Source: Verrucomicrobiota bacterium
GTDB lineage: Bacteria; Verrucomicrobiota; Verrucomicrobiia; Chthoniobacterales; UBA10450
Reading direction: 5' to 3'
DNA length: 64,000 nucleotides
Assembly (NCBI GenBank): GCA_003218975.1
Contig: QHPD01000098.1
Span: 11,880 to 75,879 of the forward strand
Shown: one piece after another, positions 37,460 to 45,878 of the stretch
How the letters are laid out: each line of letters opens with the position of its first letter
How positions within the stretch are numbered: the stretch's first letter is position 1
The notes under the pieces: model-generated
The model's input: only the letters and a program-made list of their open reading frames with translations
What the model was told of the DNA's origin: nothing
The model's database searches: none
Made by a program: the position numbers and the translations under genes

Positions 37460-38866
37460 TTACTTGTCGCTGATGCATGCACCGCGAATCGCTTCGACTA
37501 CAAGATCGTCCTGTCGAGGAACAATGGTACGCAGATCGAGTTTGAATCGGTCGTCCGCAATGTAGCCGATAAGTGGCGGATTCGATGCGCGGAGACTCGC
37601 AGCGAAATCCGCCAGCGATGCGTTCTCGGGAACGATGTCCATTGTAACAGACGGCATGCTTAACTTCGGTAAGGTGCCGCCGCCGGCTTTGGCCTTGCCG
37701 CGGCCGATCGCAATTGTTAGTGGCAAGCCCTGCAATCGCGCACAAATCGCGGCACCGCGGACGCGCAATTCATCCTCCGAAATTCGCAGGAGCGCCAGGG
37801 CCGGGATTTTGGCGGTCGCTTTGCTGAGGTGAAGATCGACAGTCGATTGCAGAGCGGCGAGGCAGAGTTTATCGCAGCGCAGCGCGCGAAACAGCGGTTC
37901 GCGTCTCAATGCGGCGACGAACCGTTTCGTTCCAGCGAAAATTCCCGCTTGCGGGCCGCCAAATAATTTGTCGCCGCTGAAACAAACAAGATCGGCGCCG
38001 CTTTTCAACGCTTCAGCGGGAGTCGGCTCGTGGTCGGCAATTCCCAACTCTTCGGTTGCAACAACGACTCCGCTTCCCAGATCCTCGACAAACGGAACGC
38101 GCTTGTTTCGGGCCAGCGCGCTAATCTTCTCCGACGGTGGTGACTCGACAAAACCGCTCATGAAAAAATTACTACGATGAACTTTCAGGATCATTGCGGT
38201 CTTGGGACCGATGGCTCTCGCGTAATCGTTTACGGTGGTTTTGTTCGTAGCGCCGACCTCGCGTAACTCTGCTCCGGTCGCTTGAATGATTTCGCCAATC
38301 CGAAATCCACCGCCAATCTGGACCATTTCGCCGCGCGAGATGACTACCTCCGTTCGACGTTGAGCGTTCGATGTTGGGCGTTCGGTGTTTCCTTGGGCGA
38401 AATGCTGGACGATCAGCACCAACGCGGCCGCACAATTGTTGACGACTGCGGCCGCTTCCGCTTCGCAAATCCGCGCGAGCGCAGTCTCAATGTAAGTGCC
38501 GCGGTGACCACGCTCGCCTGCCACCAGATCGTATTCAAGATTCGAGTAACCTGATCCGATTTGCTTCAGTGCGCGGATTGCCTCGCTGGCAAGCGGCGCG
38601 CGGCCGAAATTCGTATGAATGACAATTCCGGTTCCATTGATGACCGGCTGAAGCCTGCTAGCGCAAAGTTCTTCAACCGAACGACGAACAAGCTCCACAA
38701 TCGGTTCGAATGCCGGGATTTTCTCGGCAGCGCGAACCTTGGAAAGTTCGCGCCGGATCAGGTCCACAATCACGGGACGCGGCAAATCGCAGCGCCCGAG
38801 GGCAACGAGAACTTTGTTTACCGAGGGAATTTCCCTTCGCGACAGGCGTTTTACTTGGTCGTGCAT
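37460..38866 (-). CDS. selA: L-seryl-tRNA(Sec) selenium transferase SelA
   Basis: PLP-lysine context FSGDKLFGGPQAGI and N-terminal IPSVNKVL. The ORF is open to 38926; ATG 38866 was chosen. Confidence 0.9.
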   Translation of the reverse strand: MHDQVKRLSRREIPSVNKVLVALGRCDLPRPVIVDLIRRELSKVRAAEKIPAFEPIVELVRRSVEELCASRLQPVINGTGIVIHTNFGRAPLASEAIRALKQIGSGYSNLEYDLVAGERGHRGTYIETALARICEAEAAAVVNNCAAALVLIVQHFAQGNTERPTSNAQRRTEVVISRGEMVQIGGGFRIGEIIQATGAELREVGATNKTTVNDYARAIGPKTAMILKVHRSNFFMSGFVESPPSEKISALARNKRVPFVEDLGSGVVVATEELGIADHEPTPAEALKSGADLVCFSGDKLFGGPQAGIFAGTKRFVAALRREPLFRALRCDKLCLAALQSTVDLHLSKATAKIPALALLRISEDELRVRGAAICARLQGLPLTIAIGRGKAKAGGGTLPKLSMPSVTMDIVPENASLADFAASLRASNPPLIGYIADDRFKLDLRTIVPRQDDLVVEAIRGACISDK

Positions 38867-39915
38867 ATTAATCCCGAACCCTTTCGGGAGCGGCGGGGAA
38901 CGATTTTGCCAATCACAGCGGCGCACAGTGTGCGCGCCTCGCGCAAAATCTTTAGCACTTTCTCCAGTTTGGCCTCAGCGACACAAAGCAGTAATCCGCC
39001 GCTGGTCTGCGCATCTGTCAGAAGAATTTTGCGCGCTCCATCTGTATCGCTCCAGTCAACAGCCACAGTTGTGGCATAAAGATTTTGGCGACTTCCTTTA
39101 GGGACGCAGCCCAGTTCGATAAGGGCGCCGATCTCCTTGCTGATCATTGGCACTGCGCTGGGGTCGACTTCGGCAGAAACTCGACTGGCGCGGCAGAGTG
39201 AAATCAAATGACCCATCAATCCGTAGCCGGTGATATCGGTGGCGGCGCGGACCAGGTGGCGTTCGGCAAGTTCGGCGCCAGCGGTGTTGATCTTCGACAT
39301 CAGGGCGACCACTTTTTGCTGGAGCAGGCGCGAAGCAATTCCGCGTTTGATCGCAGTAGTGGCGATGCCAGTGCCGAGCGGTTTCGTCAGAACCAACAGA
39401 TCGCCGGGACGCGCGTTCGCGTTTGTAGTAACGCGGTGAACATCCACAATTCCCGTGACGGCCAGACCATAAATGGGTTCGGCATTGCGAATGGAATGGC
39501 CACCGATGATAGCGCAACCGACCTCGGCTGCCTTGGCCATGCCGCCGCGCAAAATGGCCGAAACGACTTTGGGTCGAACCAGATCAGCAGGGAAACCAAC
39601 GATGTTGAGCGCGGTCAACGGGCGGCCGCCCATTGCAAAGATGTCGGAGAGCGAATTGGCCGCGGCGATTTGCCCGTAGGAAAATGGGTCGTCCACGATG
39701 GGTGTGAAAAAATCAACCGTCTGCACCAGGGCACGATGTCGATCCAGACGATAAACGCCGGCGTCGTCGAACGTGTTCGAGTTCACGATTACCTTTCCAT
39801 CGAGGGAAGTTGGAAGCTGCGGCAAAACTTGTCGCAGGGCCTGTTGGCTCAACTTCGACGCTCACCCGGCACACGATGAGAGCGAAGTCAGTTTGCGAAT
39901 TTGCTCACGCGACAT
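38851..39915 (-). CDS. selD: selenide, water dikinase SelD, a selenoprotein with in-frame UGA (Sec) at 39862-39864
   Basis: Extending the listed ORF 21 codons upstream through the TGA gives MSREQIRKLTSLSSCAGUASKL. This aligns with the SelD active-site loop (E. coli GAGCGCK), with Sec at the Cys17 position. An AAGGAAGGGGG Shine-Dalgarno-like sequence precedes ATG 39915. Confidence 0.9.
39806..39856 (-). promoter_or_regulatory. candidate SECIS stem-loop for the selD UGA
   Basis: On the mRNA, 5 nt after the UGA: GAAGUUG...CUGCG-(11 nt)-CGCAG...CAACUUC, two nested perfect stems found by eye. Confidence 0.4.
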
Positions 39916-39942
39916 CGAGGTCACCCCCTTCCTTAAATGGTT

Positions 39943-40008
39943 GATGTTTGAGGGTTGATGTTTGATGTGAAATCTTGGCTGCGAAGAACAAATCAAACCT
40001 CAAACATC
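39943..40008. repeat. 11-bp perfect inverted repeat GATGTTTGAGG / CCTCAAACATC between tRNA-Sec and selD
   Basis: Arms at 39943-39953 and 39998-40008. Built from TTGATGTTTGA-type short repeats. Confidence 0.7.
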
Positions 40009-40025
40009 GTCCATCAAACTTGAAA

Positions 40026-40119
40026 TGGCGGAGAGGATAGGAATCGAACCTACCTTGCCACTTGCGCGGCGACGACGGTTTTGAAGACCGCGAGGGCCAC
40101 CAGGCACCCTTCACTCTCC
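40026..40119 (-). tRNA. selC: tRNA-Sec (anticodon UCA)
   Basis: 94 nt. The anticodon arm GCGGU-CUUCAAA-ACCGU presents UCA. Long variable arm, T-loop GGTTCGATTCC, 3' GCCA, extended acceptor stem. Sits beside selD/selA/selB. Confidence 0.9.
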
Positions 40120-40286
40120 TAGAAAAAGAAAACGTCCAACGCCCAACGTCCAACATCCACCCTCGAACTTTTCGCGCGCGGAGCGCGCCTTGGAGTGCGG
40201 CGGCTTCACGCCGCTTTTGAACGTCAGACGCGCCGCGCCCAACTCCAATAAATCGTGAGGAGGCGTCCAACAACGAATGTCCTGGA

Positions 40287-40523
40287 CTATTTTGCTTTTT
40301 TGATCGCCTTAACGATATCGTCGAAGTCCGGCCAGTCCCCGGAATCGAGTTTGGAATGGAGCAGTTTGCCATTGGCGCGAACCTCGAAAGCGCCGCCGCT
40401 TGAGGGAATCAGCGTGAGCGACTTGATGCGCTCGCCGAGCTCAAGAATTTTGGTCGCCAAACTGACGGCCTTCGGCGTGTAGTTTCAAACGACGCAGTAT
40501 TCGATCGATACCTCGGTCTTCAC
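40287..40523 (-). CDS. SelW/Rdx-family selenoprotein (CxxU), UGA at 40485-40487
   Basis: Translation reading through the UGA: VKTEVSIEYCVVUNYTPKAVSLATKILELGERIKSLTLIPSSGGAFEVRANGKLLHSKLDSGDWPDFDDIVKAIKKAK. This matches the Rdx pattern (IEYCxxUxY ... GGxFEV..nG.l..SK). AAGGAG lies 7 nt upstream of GTG 40523. Not in the ORF track. Confidence 0.85.
40455..40477 (-). promoter_or_regulatory. candidate SECIS hairpin for the SelW-like UGA
   Basis: 7 nt after the UGA: CGCCGAA-GGCCGUCAG-UUUGGCG (7-bp stem including G-U pairs, 9-nt loop). Confidence 0.4.
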
Positions 40524-40580
40524 CAACGAGCTCCTTTCCGAAAACGAAACTATCGGTGCGACCGAACGCGGTCAAGAAAC

Positions 40581-40604
40581 TGTAGAGGCAGCCGTGTCGG
40601 CTGC
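40581..40604. repeat. second copy of the REP-like hairpin TGTAGAGGCAGCCGTGTCGGCTGC
   Basis: 23 of 24 identical to 9841-9864, with the same GCAGCCG-TGT-CGGCTGC hairpin. Confidence 0.7.
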
Positions 40605-40652
40605 AGCATTTTCCGGCGCTCACAGACGGCCGCTACAACAGTTAAGGAAACG

Positions 40653-41660
40653 TTAGCGATTACGCGTAGAAGCGGGCGCTTCGGCCTCGGTTTCCGGTCC
40701 GCCCGGTCCGAACAACATCGAGAAGATGGCGAAGACTTGCACTCCCGGCGAGTCCTCCGTGCACCCGAGAAGAGGCGATACGTCGAAGCGCATGTTGTGC
40801 GTTGGTTTCCATGCGATGGTCGGGCCGACGACGAAAGTATGAATCGGATCGCCACGAGTGTCCTTGTCTGTAAAATTACGATACTGCATTTCCACTCCAG
40901 CTTTGAGCCGTTCGTGCTCAAGCCAAAATGGGATCACCGCGCTCTGGGCGAACCCCCACTCGCGGCCGCGATCTAAACCGATTTCCTGTTCAAAAAACCA
41001 ATTCATTGCCCATTCGATTCGCTCAGAGAAATCTTCTGCCAGTAAAAGTCTGAACTCGTACGCATCAGGCATTTTGGGTTTTGCTTCCTCCGCCGTCGGA
41101 ACTTCTTCGCCGATTGATTCGAGGTTGAGATGTCGGAGCCGGGCCATTTCCTCGATCGCCATTTCCTCTTCCGGGGGACGCTCCTCATGCAAGATGCGAC
41201 CTGTGCCAAATTTGTATTCAGCAAACAGTGTCGGATTCAATGGAACCTTGTTCCAATCTGCGAGCGCGTAGCGTAGTTCGACACTGAAACTCTTGTTTTG
41301 AAAATCGCCATCGAAGCGCTCTTGAGACAACTCAAATGCCACGCCAAGCCGATGCGGCAGCCCGAGTTCGACTTCTTCGGTGAAGAGATGGTCGGGCGGC
41401 CCATGCCGGAAAACATCACCTTCGTAAGTTATCCCGCTGTAAATAGCGCCTGGGGGCAAAACATATGCGGTAACGAGTGGCGAAAAGCGTGTGCGCGAAA
41501 TTCCCGGCGGCGCGCCGTACGCGCTAGGTACTTCCTCGCCGGTGATGACGATCGGTTCCTCGTAAAGTGCCGACTGCGCCAGCGTCGAATGGTTAGCGGT
41601 AAAATAAACTAAACAAGCAGATGCGATCGATCCAACGAGTCGGCACGGGGTTTTACACAT
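40653..41660 (-). CDS. hypothetical secreted, possibly outer-membrane beta-barrel protein
   Basis: Signal-like N-terminus (MCKTPCRLVGSIASACLVYFTANHSTLAQS), alternating beta-strand-like segments, an acidic insert. No family recognised. Confidence 0.45.
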   Translation of the reverse strand: MCKTPCRLVGSIASACLVYFTANHSTLAQSALYEEPIVITGEEVPSAYGAPPGISRTRFSPLVTAYVLPPGAIYSGITYEGDVFRHGPPDHLFTEEVELGLPHRLGVAFELSQERFDGDFQNKSFSVELRYALADWNKVPLNPTLFAEYKFGTGRILHEERPPEEEMAIEEMARLRHLNLESIGEEVPTAEEAKPKMPDAYEFRLLLAEDFSERIEWAMNWFFEQEIGLDRGREWGFAQSAVIPFWLEHERLKAGVEMQYRNFTDKDTRGDPIHTFVVGPTIAWKPTHNMRFDVSPLLGCTEDSPGVQVFAIFSMLFGPGGPETEAEAPASTRNR

Positions 41661-42123
41661 TAGGTTTATATGTTCTATACGGGTTATGAGACGGAGAGGC
41701 CCGCGACGGTGGGATGGCAATCACTAAACCAGCGAGTAAAAACGTGGTTGCAGCAGAGAACAAGCAATAGCGACAGTAAGCGTGTAACACAAAGGCCTGC
41801 ACATACAGCAGCCAAAGAGTAACGAGAAACATCGCACAGACGAGCAGCGTAAGAAGCGCCCCCGCGCGCGTGTACCCGAAAGCCGCGAACGTGGCCAGGC
41901 TGAATACGCAGAAGTAACCGAGAGAGCCGAACGCCGCCACCGGCATTCCAGCGACCCTCGCATATGAACTGCCCAGCACACGGAAACAATCCGGAGATCC
42001 TCCGCAGACGAGCGTCTCTCCGGTCAGCGCTTGTACAGTGAGGTAGGTTGCGTCTGCCAGGCCGGCCAACGAAACGATCGCCGTGATCGTGTAGAGGATA
42101 ACTCGGAATCGCGAGGCGGTCAC
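41653..42123 (-). CDS. vitamin K epoxide reductase (VKOR) family protein
   Basis: Loop cysteines VCGGSPDC and the TM CxxC motif (YCRYC). 4-5 TM helices. Confidence 0.8.
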   Translation of the reverse strand: MTASRFRVILYTITAIVSLAGLADATYLTVQALTGETLVCGGSPDCFRVLGSSYARVAGMPVAAFGSLGYFCVFSLATFAAFGYTRAGALLTLLVCAMFLVTLWLLYVQAFVLHAYCRYCLFSAATTFLLAGLVIAIPPSRASPSHNPYRTYKPNV

Positions 42124-42791
42124 GCCTTTGATGGCTTTTGTTTCAAGGCGGCATTGATCGTTGCCCGCAGGCCATTAGGCGTTTTCTCGTTCGGTGCCAC
42201 CTCTTGATTATTGATAAAAACAGTCGGAGTGCTCTTCACTCCCAGCGAGTTGCCGCGCTCTTGATCGGAGTCAACGCGCTCCCTGACTTTTTCGCTTTGC
42301 ATGTCTTTTTTGAACTGATCTAGATTAAGTCCGAGCATTCCCGCATACGAATGGAAGAGCTCCTGCGCGTTGTCGGCTTTGCTCCAAACAGCCTGCTCCC
42401 GATATAACACCTCGTGCATTTCCCAGTAATGGCCTTGCAGACCGGCTGCTTCGGCAGCCAACGCAGCCTCGCGCGCAAACTTGTGCACTGGGAGCGGGAA
42501 ATTGCGAAAAATGACTTTTAAATTTGGATGATACTCCTTCAGGAGCCGGTCAATGAAACCCGCCATGCTGCCGCAGGGTGGACACTGGAAATCGCCAAAT
42601 TCTTCCAGCGTGACAGGAGCGTCCGGGTTACCGCGAACATGAACCGATTCGGCTGCGCCTTTGCCAGACACGTTTTTGTCTGTGGGAATCGTCAGAAGAT
42701 GCGGCCGTTTGGCCCGATACAGCATCGCTCCGCTCCCGAGTGTGGCCAATGCGACTGCACCTACAATGATAAAAGGCAGATAGCGTTTCAT
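42120..42791 (-). CDS. DsbA-family thiol:disulfide oxidoreductase
   Basis: Signal anchor plus a thioredoxin fold with FGDFQCPPCGS. 4-nt overlap with the VKOR gene. Confidence 0.85.
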   Translation of the reverse strand: MKRYLPFIIVGAVALATLGSGAMLYRAKRPHLLTIPTDKNVSGKGAAESVHVRGNPDAPVTLEEFGDFQCPPCGSMAGFIDRLLKEYHPNLKVIFRNFPLPVHKFAREAALAAEAAGLQGHYWEMHEVLYREQAVWSKADNAQELFHSYAGMLGLNLDQFKKDMQSEKVRERVDSDQERGNSLGVKSTPTVFINNQEVAPNEKTPNGLRATINAALKQKPSKA

Positions 42792-42890
42792 TAAAAACGA
42801 CGCGAGCGCGAAAAGCTTCAGTGCATGAGGAAATTCGTCAAATTTTGGTGACGCTTAAACGCTTTACGTTTACCTGGCCGACCTGACGAA

Positions 42891-43604
42891 TCACATCGCA
42901 GCGCCGCTCTCGCGTTTGCCGTCGTACCACATCTCCAGTTTCGCACGGGAGCGAATCACGCCCGGTCCGCGAACGATAACCGCAAACAGGTTGAGGAGAA
43001 TTTGTTTCGCTGGATACATCCGCAATTTGCGGCCTGATGTCAGGATGGGCTCCCGCAGCACCTTGAAGCGGCCAAGTTTCTTCAGCGCCAGGCTGAAATA
43101 AACTTCTTCACCGGCAAAATAGCGCTCATCGAACCCGCCAATTAAATCGAAATTGCGCCGGCTGGTGAAAAGAAATGCCCCCGCACCCAGATTGACCCCG
43201 AAATACAGTGTGCAAAACGCGCGCACAAAAACGCGGGCCCACAACGGAATCGCGCCATCGATCATCACACGCGCGCTGCCACCGGCGTAACCGGCTTCCA
43301 GTGCAGCAATCGCTTCGGTAATGTGTACCGGATTGATTCGCGTATCCGCATCCACAAAGAACAGATACTCGCCCCGCGCAGTGCCCGCGCCGGCGTTGCG
43401 CGCCGCCGCGATCTGACGCCGGTTGATCGATATTACTTTCGCGCCTGCCTGCACCGCGATTACCGCCGTCGCATCAGTCGAAGCGTCATCAGCCACGATG
43501 ATTTCGTACCGCTGATTCGCACTCTCCGCTGAAGCGCCAAGCGCCTTGAGCGTCGAGGAAAGCTCTGATTCTTCGTTATAAGCAGGAACGATAAACGAAA
43601 TCAC
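42891..43604 (-). CDS. glycosyltransferase family 2
   Basis: ISFIVPAYNEE, ADDASTD, FVDADT motifs. Confidence 0.85.
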   Translation of the reverse strand: MISFIVPAYNEESELSSTLKALGASAESANQRYEIIVADDASTDATAVIAVQAGAKVISINRRQIAAARNAGAGTARGEYLFFVDADTRINPVHITEAIAALEAGYAGGSARVMIDGAIPLWARVFVRAFCTLYFGVNLGAGAFLFTSRRNFDLIGGFDERYFAGEEVYFSLALKKLGRFKVLREPILTSGRKLRMYPAKQILLNLFAVIVRGPGVIRSRAKLEMWYDGKRESGAAM

Positions 43605-43704
43605 GCTATAGCTGTAGAGGCGCGTGTTCTCACGCGCAACTCATGACCTCTTCAGCTTACTCGCCGCGGTGAGCGTCTCTACGTCAAAACGCGATTCGAA
43701 ATTT

Positions 43705-44223
43705 CTACTTCGTCTTGGCGTAAAGAAGGGAATCGAGCACTTGTCCGTCTTTGACCACGTTTTTCCGCAAACGCCCTTCCAAAACAAAACCGCTCTTTTC
43801 CAGAACTCGAGCAGAGGCGGGATTATTAGCGTACGGCTCGGCGTAAATGCGGTGCAGATCGAAGTTCGCGAAACAATAATCGGTAAACGCCGGCACGGCT
43901 TCACTAGTGATGCCGTGTCCCCAGAAATCTTCGCTCAGCCAGTAACCAAGCTCGGCGCGATGGCAATGAACATCTTCGCCGATGCGAATGCCGATCCCGC
44001 CGACGGCTGCTCCGCCGATATCGATGCAAAAACTGGTGGCAGGCTGCGCGCTCATGGCGCGCTGCAGGAATTCATTCGCGTCGTTGATTGTGTAAGGATG
44101 CGGAAACAGATCGCGCAGCCCCAGCCAGATCTTGCGATTGTTCGCATTCTTCGCCAGTGACGCCGCATCGTCAGCACGCCAATCACGAATCGTGCAGCGT
44201 TCCAGTTTGAGAGGCATCTTCAC
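43705..44223 (-). CDS. GNAT N-acetyltransferase (RimJ/RimL-like)
   Basis: WGHGITSEAV...LHRIYAEPYANNPASARVLEKSGF pattern. Confidence 0.8.
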   Translation of the reverse strand: MKMPLKLERCTIRDWRADDAASLAKNANNRKIWLGLRDLFPHPYTINDANEFLQRAMSAQPATSFCIDIGGAAVGGIGIRIGEDVHCHRAELGYWLSEDFWGHGITSEAVPAFTDYCFANFDLHRIYAEPYANNPASARVLEKSGFVLEGRLRKNVVKDGQVLDSLLYAKTK

Positions 44224-44636
44224 GGCGTCGCTCCGAATTTCACTCCGGCCTTTTGCGCTTCGCGATAAGGCAAAAGCCAGATCAACGATTCATCGTGAAG
44301 ATCGACCACCTGAATCCGGTTGCCCCACGGATCGCGAAAATCGCACCGGAACGGCGGTTCGAGTTTTAATTTGTATTTGCCGGTGAGTTTCTTGCGCACC
44401 TCGGCCAGTTGGTGTTCATCGCGCACCATGATCCCGAAATGGCGCATATTGGAGGGTTGAACTTTTTCTACCTCGAAAATGGCGAGAAACTGGTGCTCGC
44501 CGAGTTTGAAAAAGGCGTCGCCCTCGCCGCCCCTCATTTGTTCGAGATTGAAAACATCTTTGTAAAACGCGACGGCCTTTTTGATGTCGTCCACTTCAAC
44601 GGCGACGTGATTGCATCCATAAACTTGCACGCTCAT
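44220..44636 (-). CDS. VOC/glyoxalase-family protein
   Basis: Paired beta-alpha-beta-beta-beta pattern (NHVAVEVDDIKKAVAFYKDVF ... HFGIMV). Confidence 0.7.
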   Translation of the reverse strand: MSVQVYGCNHVAVEVDDIKKAVAFYKDVFNLEQMRGGEGDAFFKLGEHQFLAIFEVEKVQPSNMRHFGIMVRDEHQLAEVRKKLTGKYKLKLEPPFRCDFRDPWGNRIQVVDLHDESLIWLLPYREAQKAGVKFGATP

Positions 44637-44745
44637 AAGGTAATTTAGCTTGCATCATGAGTTTTTGAAGCACTGGCGTGAAACGTCCTGAAACAAAATT
44701 TCGCCTCGGGTTTCGGTGGCGACTTATGTTGCTCGCGTGCCACTC

Positions 44746-44997
44746 TCAACCCGCGGGAATACAGGGCTGTGAACGAATCACCCTGACGGTTGACGCTGGA
44801 TTCTTCGCTAGCTGGGCCGCTGGCCTGATGGGCCTTCTCACCAGTTCTCCACCACAATTAGCACAAACGAAGCCGAGCTTTTTGGACGCGCAATCGAGAC
44901 AATACGTGCACTCGAATGTGCAGATGTAAGCTTCCTTCGAATCAGGAGGCAGGTCTCGATCGCAGCACTCGCAATTCGGCCTAAGTTCCAGGGGCAT
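44746..44997 (-). CDS. DUF1272-type zinc-ribbon protein
   Basis: LELRPNCECCDRDLPPDSKEAYICTFECTYCLDC...CANCGGELVRRP. Confidence 0.7.
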   Translation of the reverse strand: MPLELRPNCECCDRDLPPDSKEAYICTFECTYCLDCASKKLGFVCANCGGELVRRPIRPAAQLAKNPASTVRVIRSQPCIPAG

Positions 44998-45015
44998 AGC
45001 GAGATTCTTTTTTCG

Positions 45016-45330
45016 CTAACGAGACACAAGCTCAGCTACCCAGCACCTTGAAGTCAAGAACGTGTTTCCGGTGGGACCTTCTTGATACACGATGGCATGT
45101 GCGAGTAGGCACTCGCACCCGTTTAAGGCTGCTAACTTTTGCTTGCCGTAGAATAGGTAATCGAAGTGACCAACGCTCTCGAAAACGTGCGTGTTCGGTG
45201 GCGCCGGCTCAGCAATGATGTCCCGGTGGAATCCGTAGCCAAGGTTTATGGAGCGCTCCACGCCAAGTGGAATGCGCTGCGCACCTGAAAGAGCCATTGT
45301 CCAGAGCAGAATGAGCGCGGCGCGATCCAT
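45016..45330 (-). CDS. hypothetical small secreted protein
   Basis: ATG 45330 gives signal-like MDRAALILLWTMALSGAQ. The longer listed ORF (to 45768) runs through repeat-derived sequence. Confidence 0.4.
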   Translation of the reverse strand: MDRAALILLWTMALSGAQRIPLGVERSINLGYGFHRDIIAEPAPPNTHVFESVGHFDYLFYGKQKLAALNGCECLLAHAIVYQEGPTGNTFLTSRCWVAELVSR

Positions 45331-45878
45331 AACATTTAGACGAAAGGTATTTCGCCTATTTCGGCTTTGCTCCGGGAGCAACGTAAACGTAACAGGAAAC
45401 CATACTTCTCTTTTAAGTACGCTTCGAACCACCACAAGCCCAATTGCAAACGAGATCTTCGGCGCGCGAATTTTGCGTGGAGTTCCGGCTAGCGCACGCG
45501 TCGGGCGTGCCGGTGAGCGCGTCCTCGCGATCACGAGCTTTTCTTTAAAGGCCGAACCTCCCCCCGGTTTCAACAACACCTTCCTCTCAGAGGGATCGAA
45601 CCTAGACAAAGACTGTTTCGGCGCGACGCCAAAACCAACACGCGAGACGCGTGCGCTACCCAATCCAAAGAATTTCGCAAGCGGCGAGGAATATTTTGTC
45701 TGTGGCCGACGATTTCGCCGCGGTGCGATGCACCGGCAAGCGGGCAAGAGCGGGAGTAAGGGTGGCAATGTTACAGCCGCGCAAGTTGTCAGCGACGTGG
45801 GGCTGGGATAATGTTGAGGCTTTGAACTGAGGAATCTCTGAGCCTGAATTCGTTTACCATTATTACCAGACCGCTCTC

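Noticed and set aside
39905-40372. 155-aa ORF on the minus strand.
   Set aside because: It runs straight through tRNA-Sec and the flanking short repeats. Its sequence is repeat-derived (…MLDVGRWTFSF…), not a protein.
40441-40623. 60-aa listed ORF (and the antisense 40255-40482 ORF) at the SelW-like locus.
   Set aside because: Wrong frame or strand. The frame containing the CxxU motif, with UGA read as Sec, gives a clean Rdx-family protein instead.
45585-45665. Possible tRNA on the minus strand (GGTTCGATCCC T-loop-like motif).
   Set aside because: I could not fold an acceptor stem, D-arm or anticodon arm around it. It is more likely a repeat or tRNA relic.
45331-45768. N-terminal 145 aa of the listed 250-aa ORF 45016-45768.
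   Set aside because: The sequence is low-complexity and repeat-derived (…SARVSRVGFGVAPKQSL…). A signal-peptide-like Met at 45330 gives a more credible short protein.
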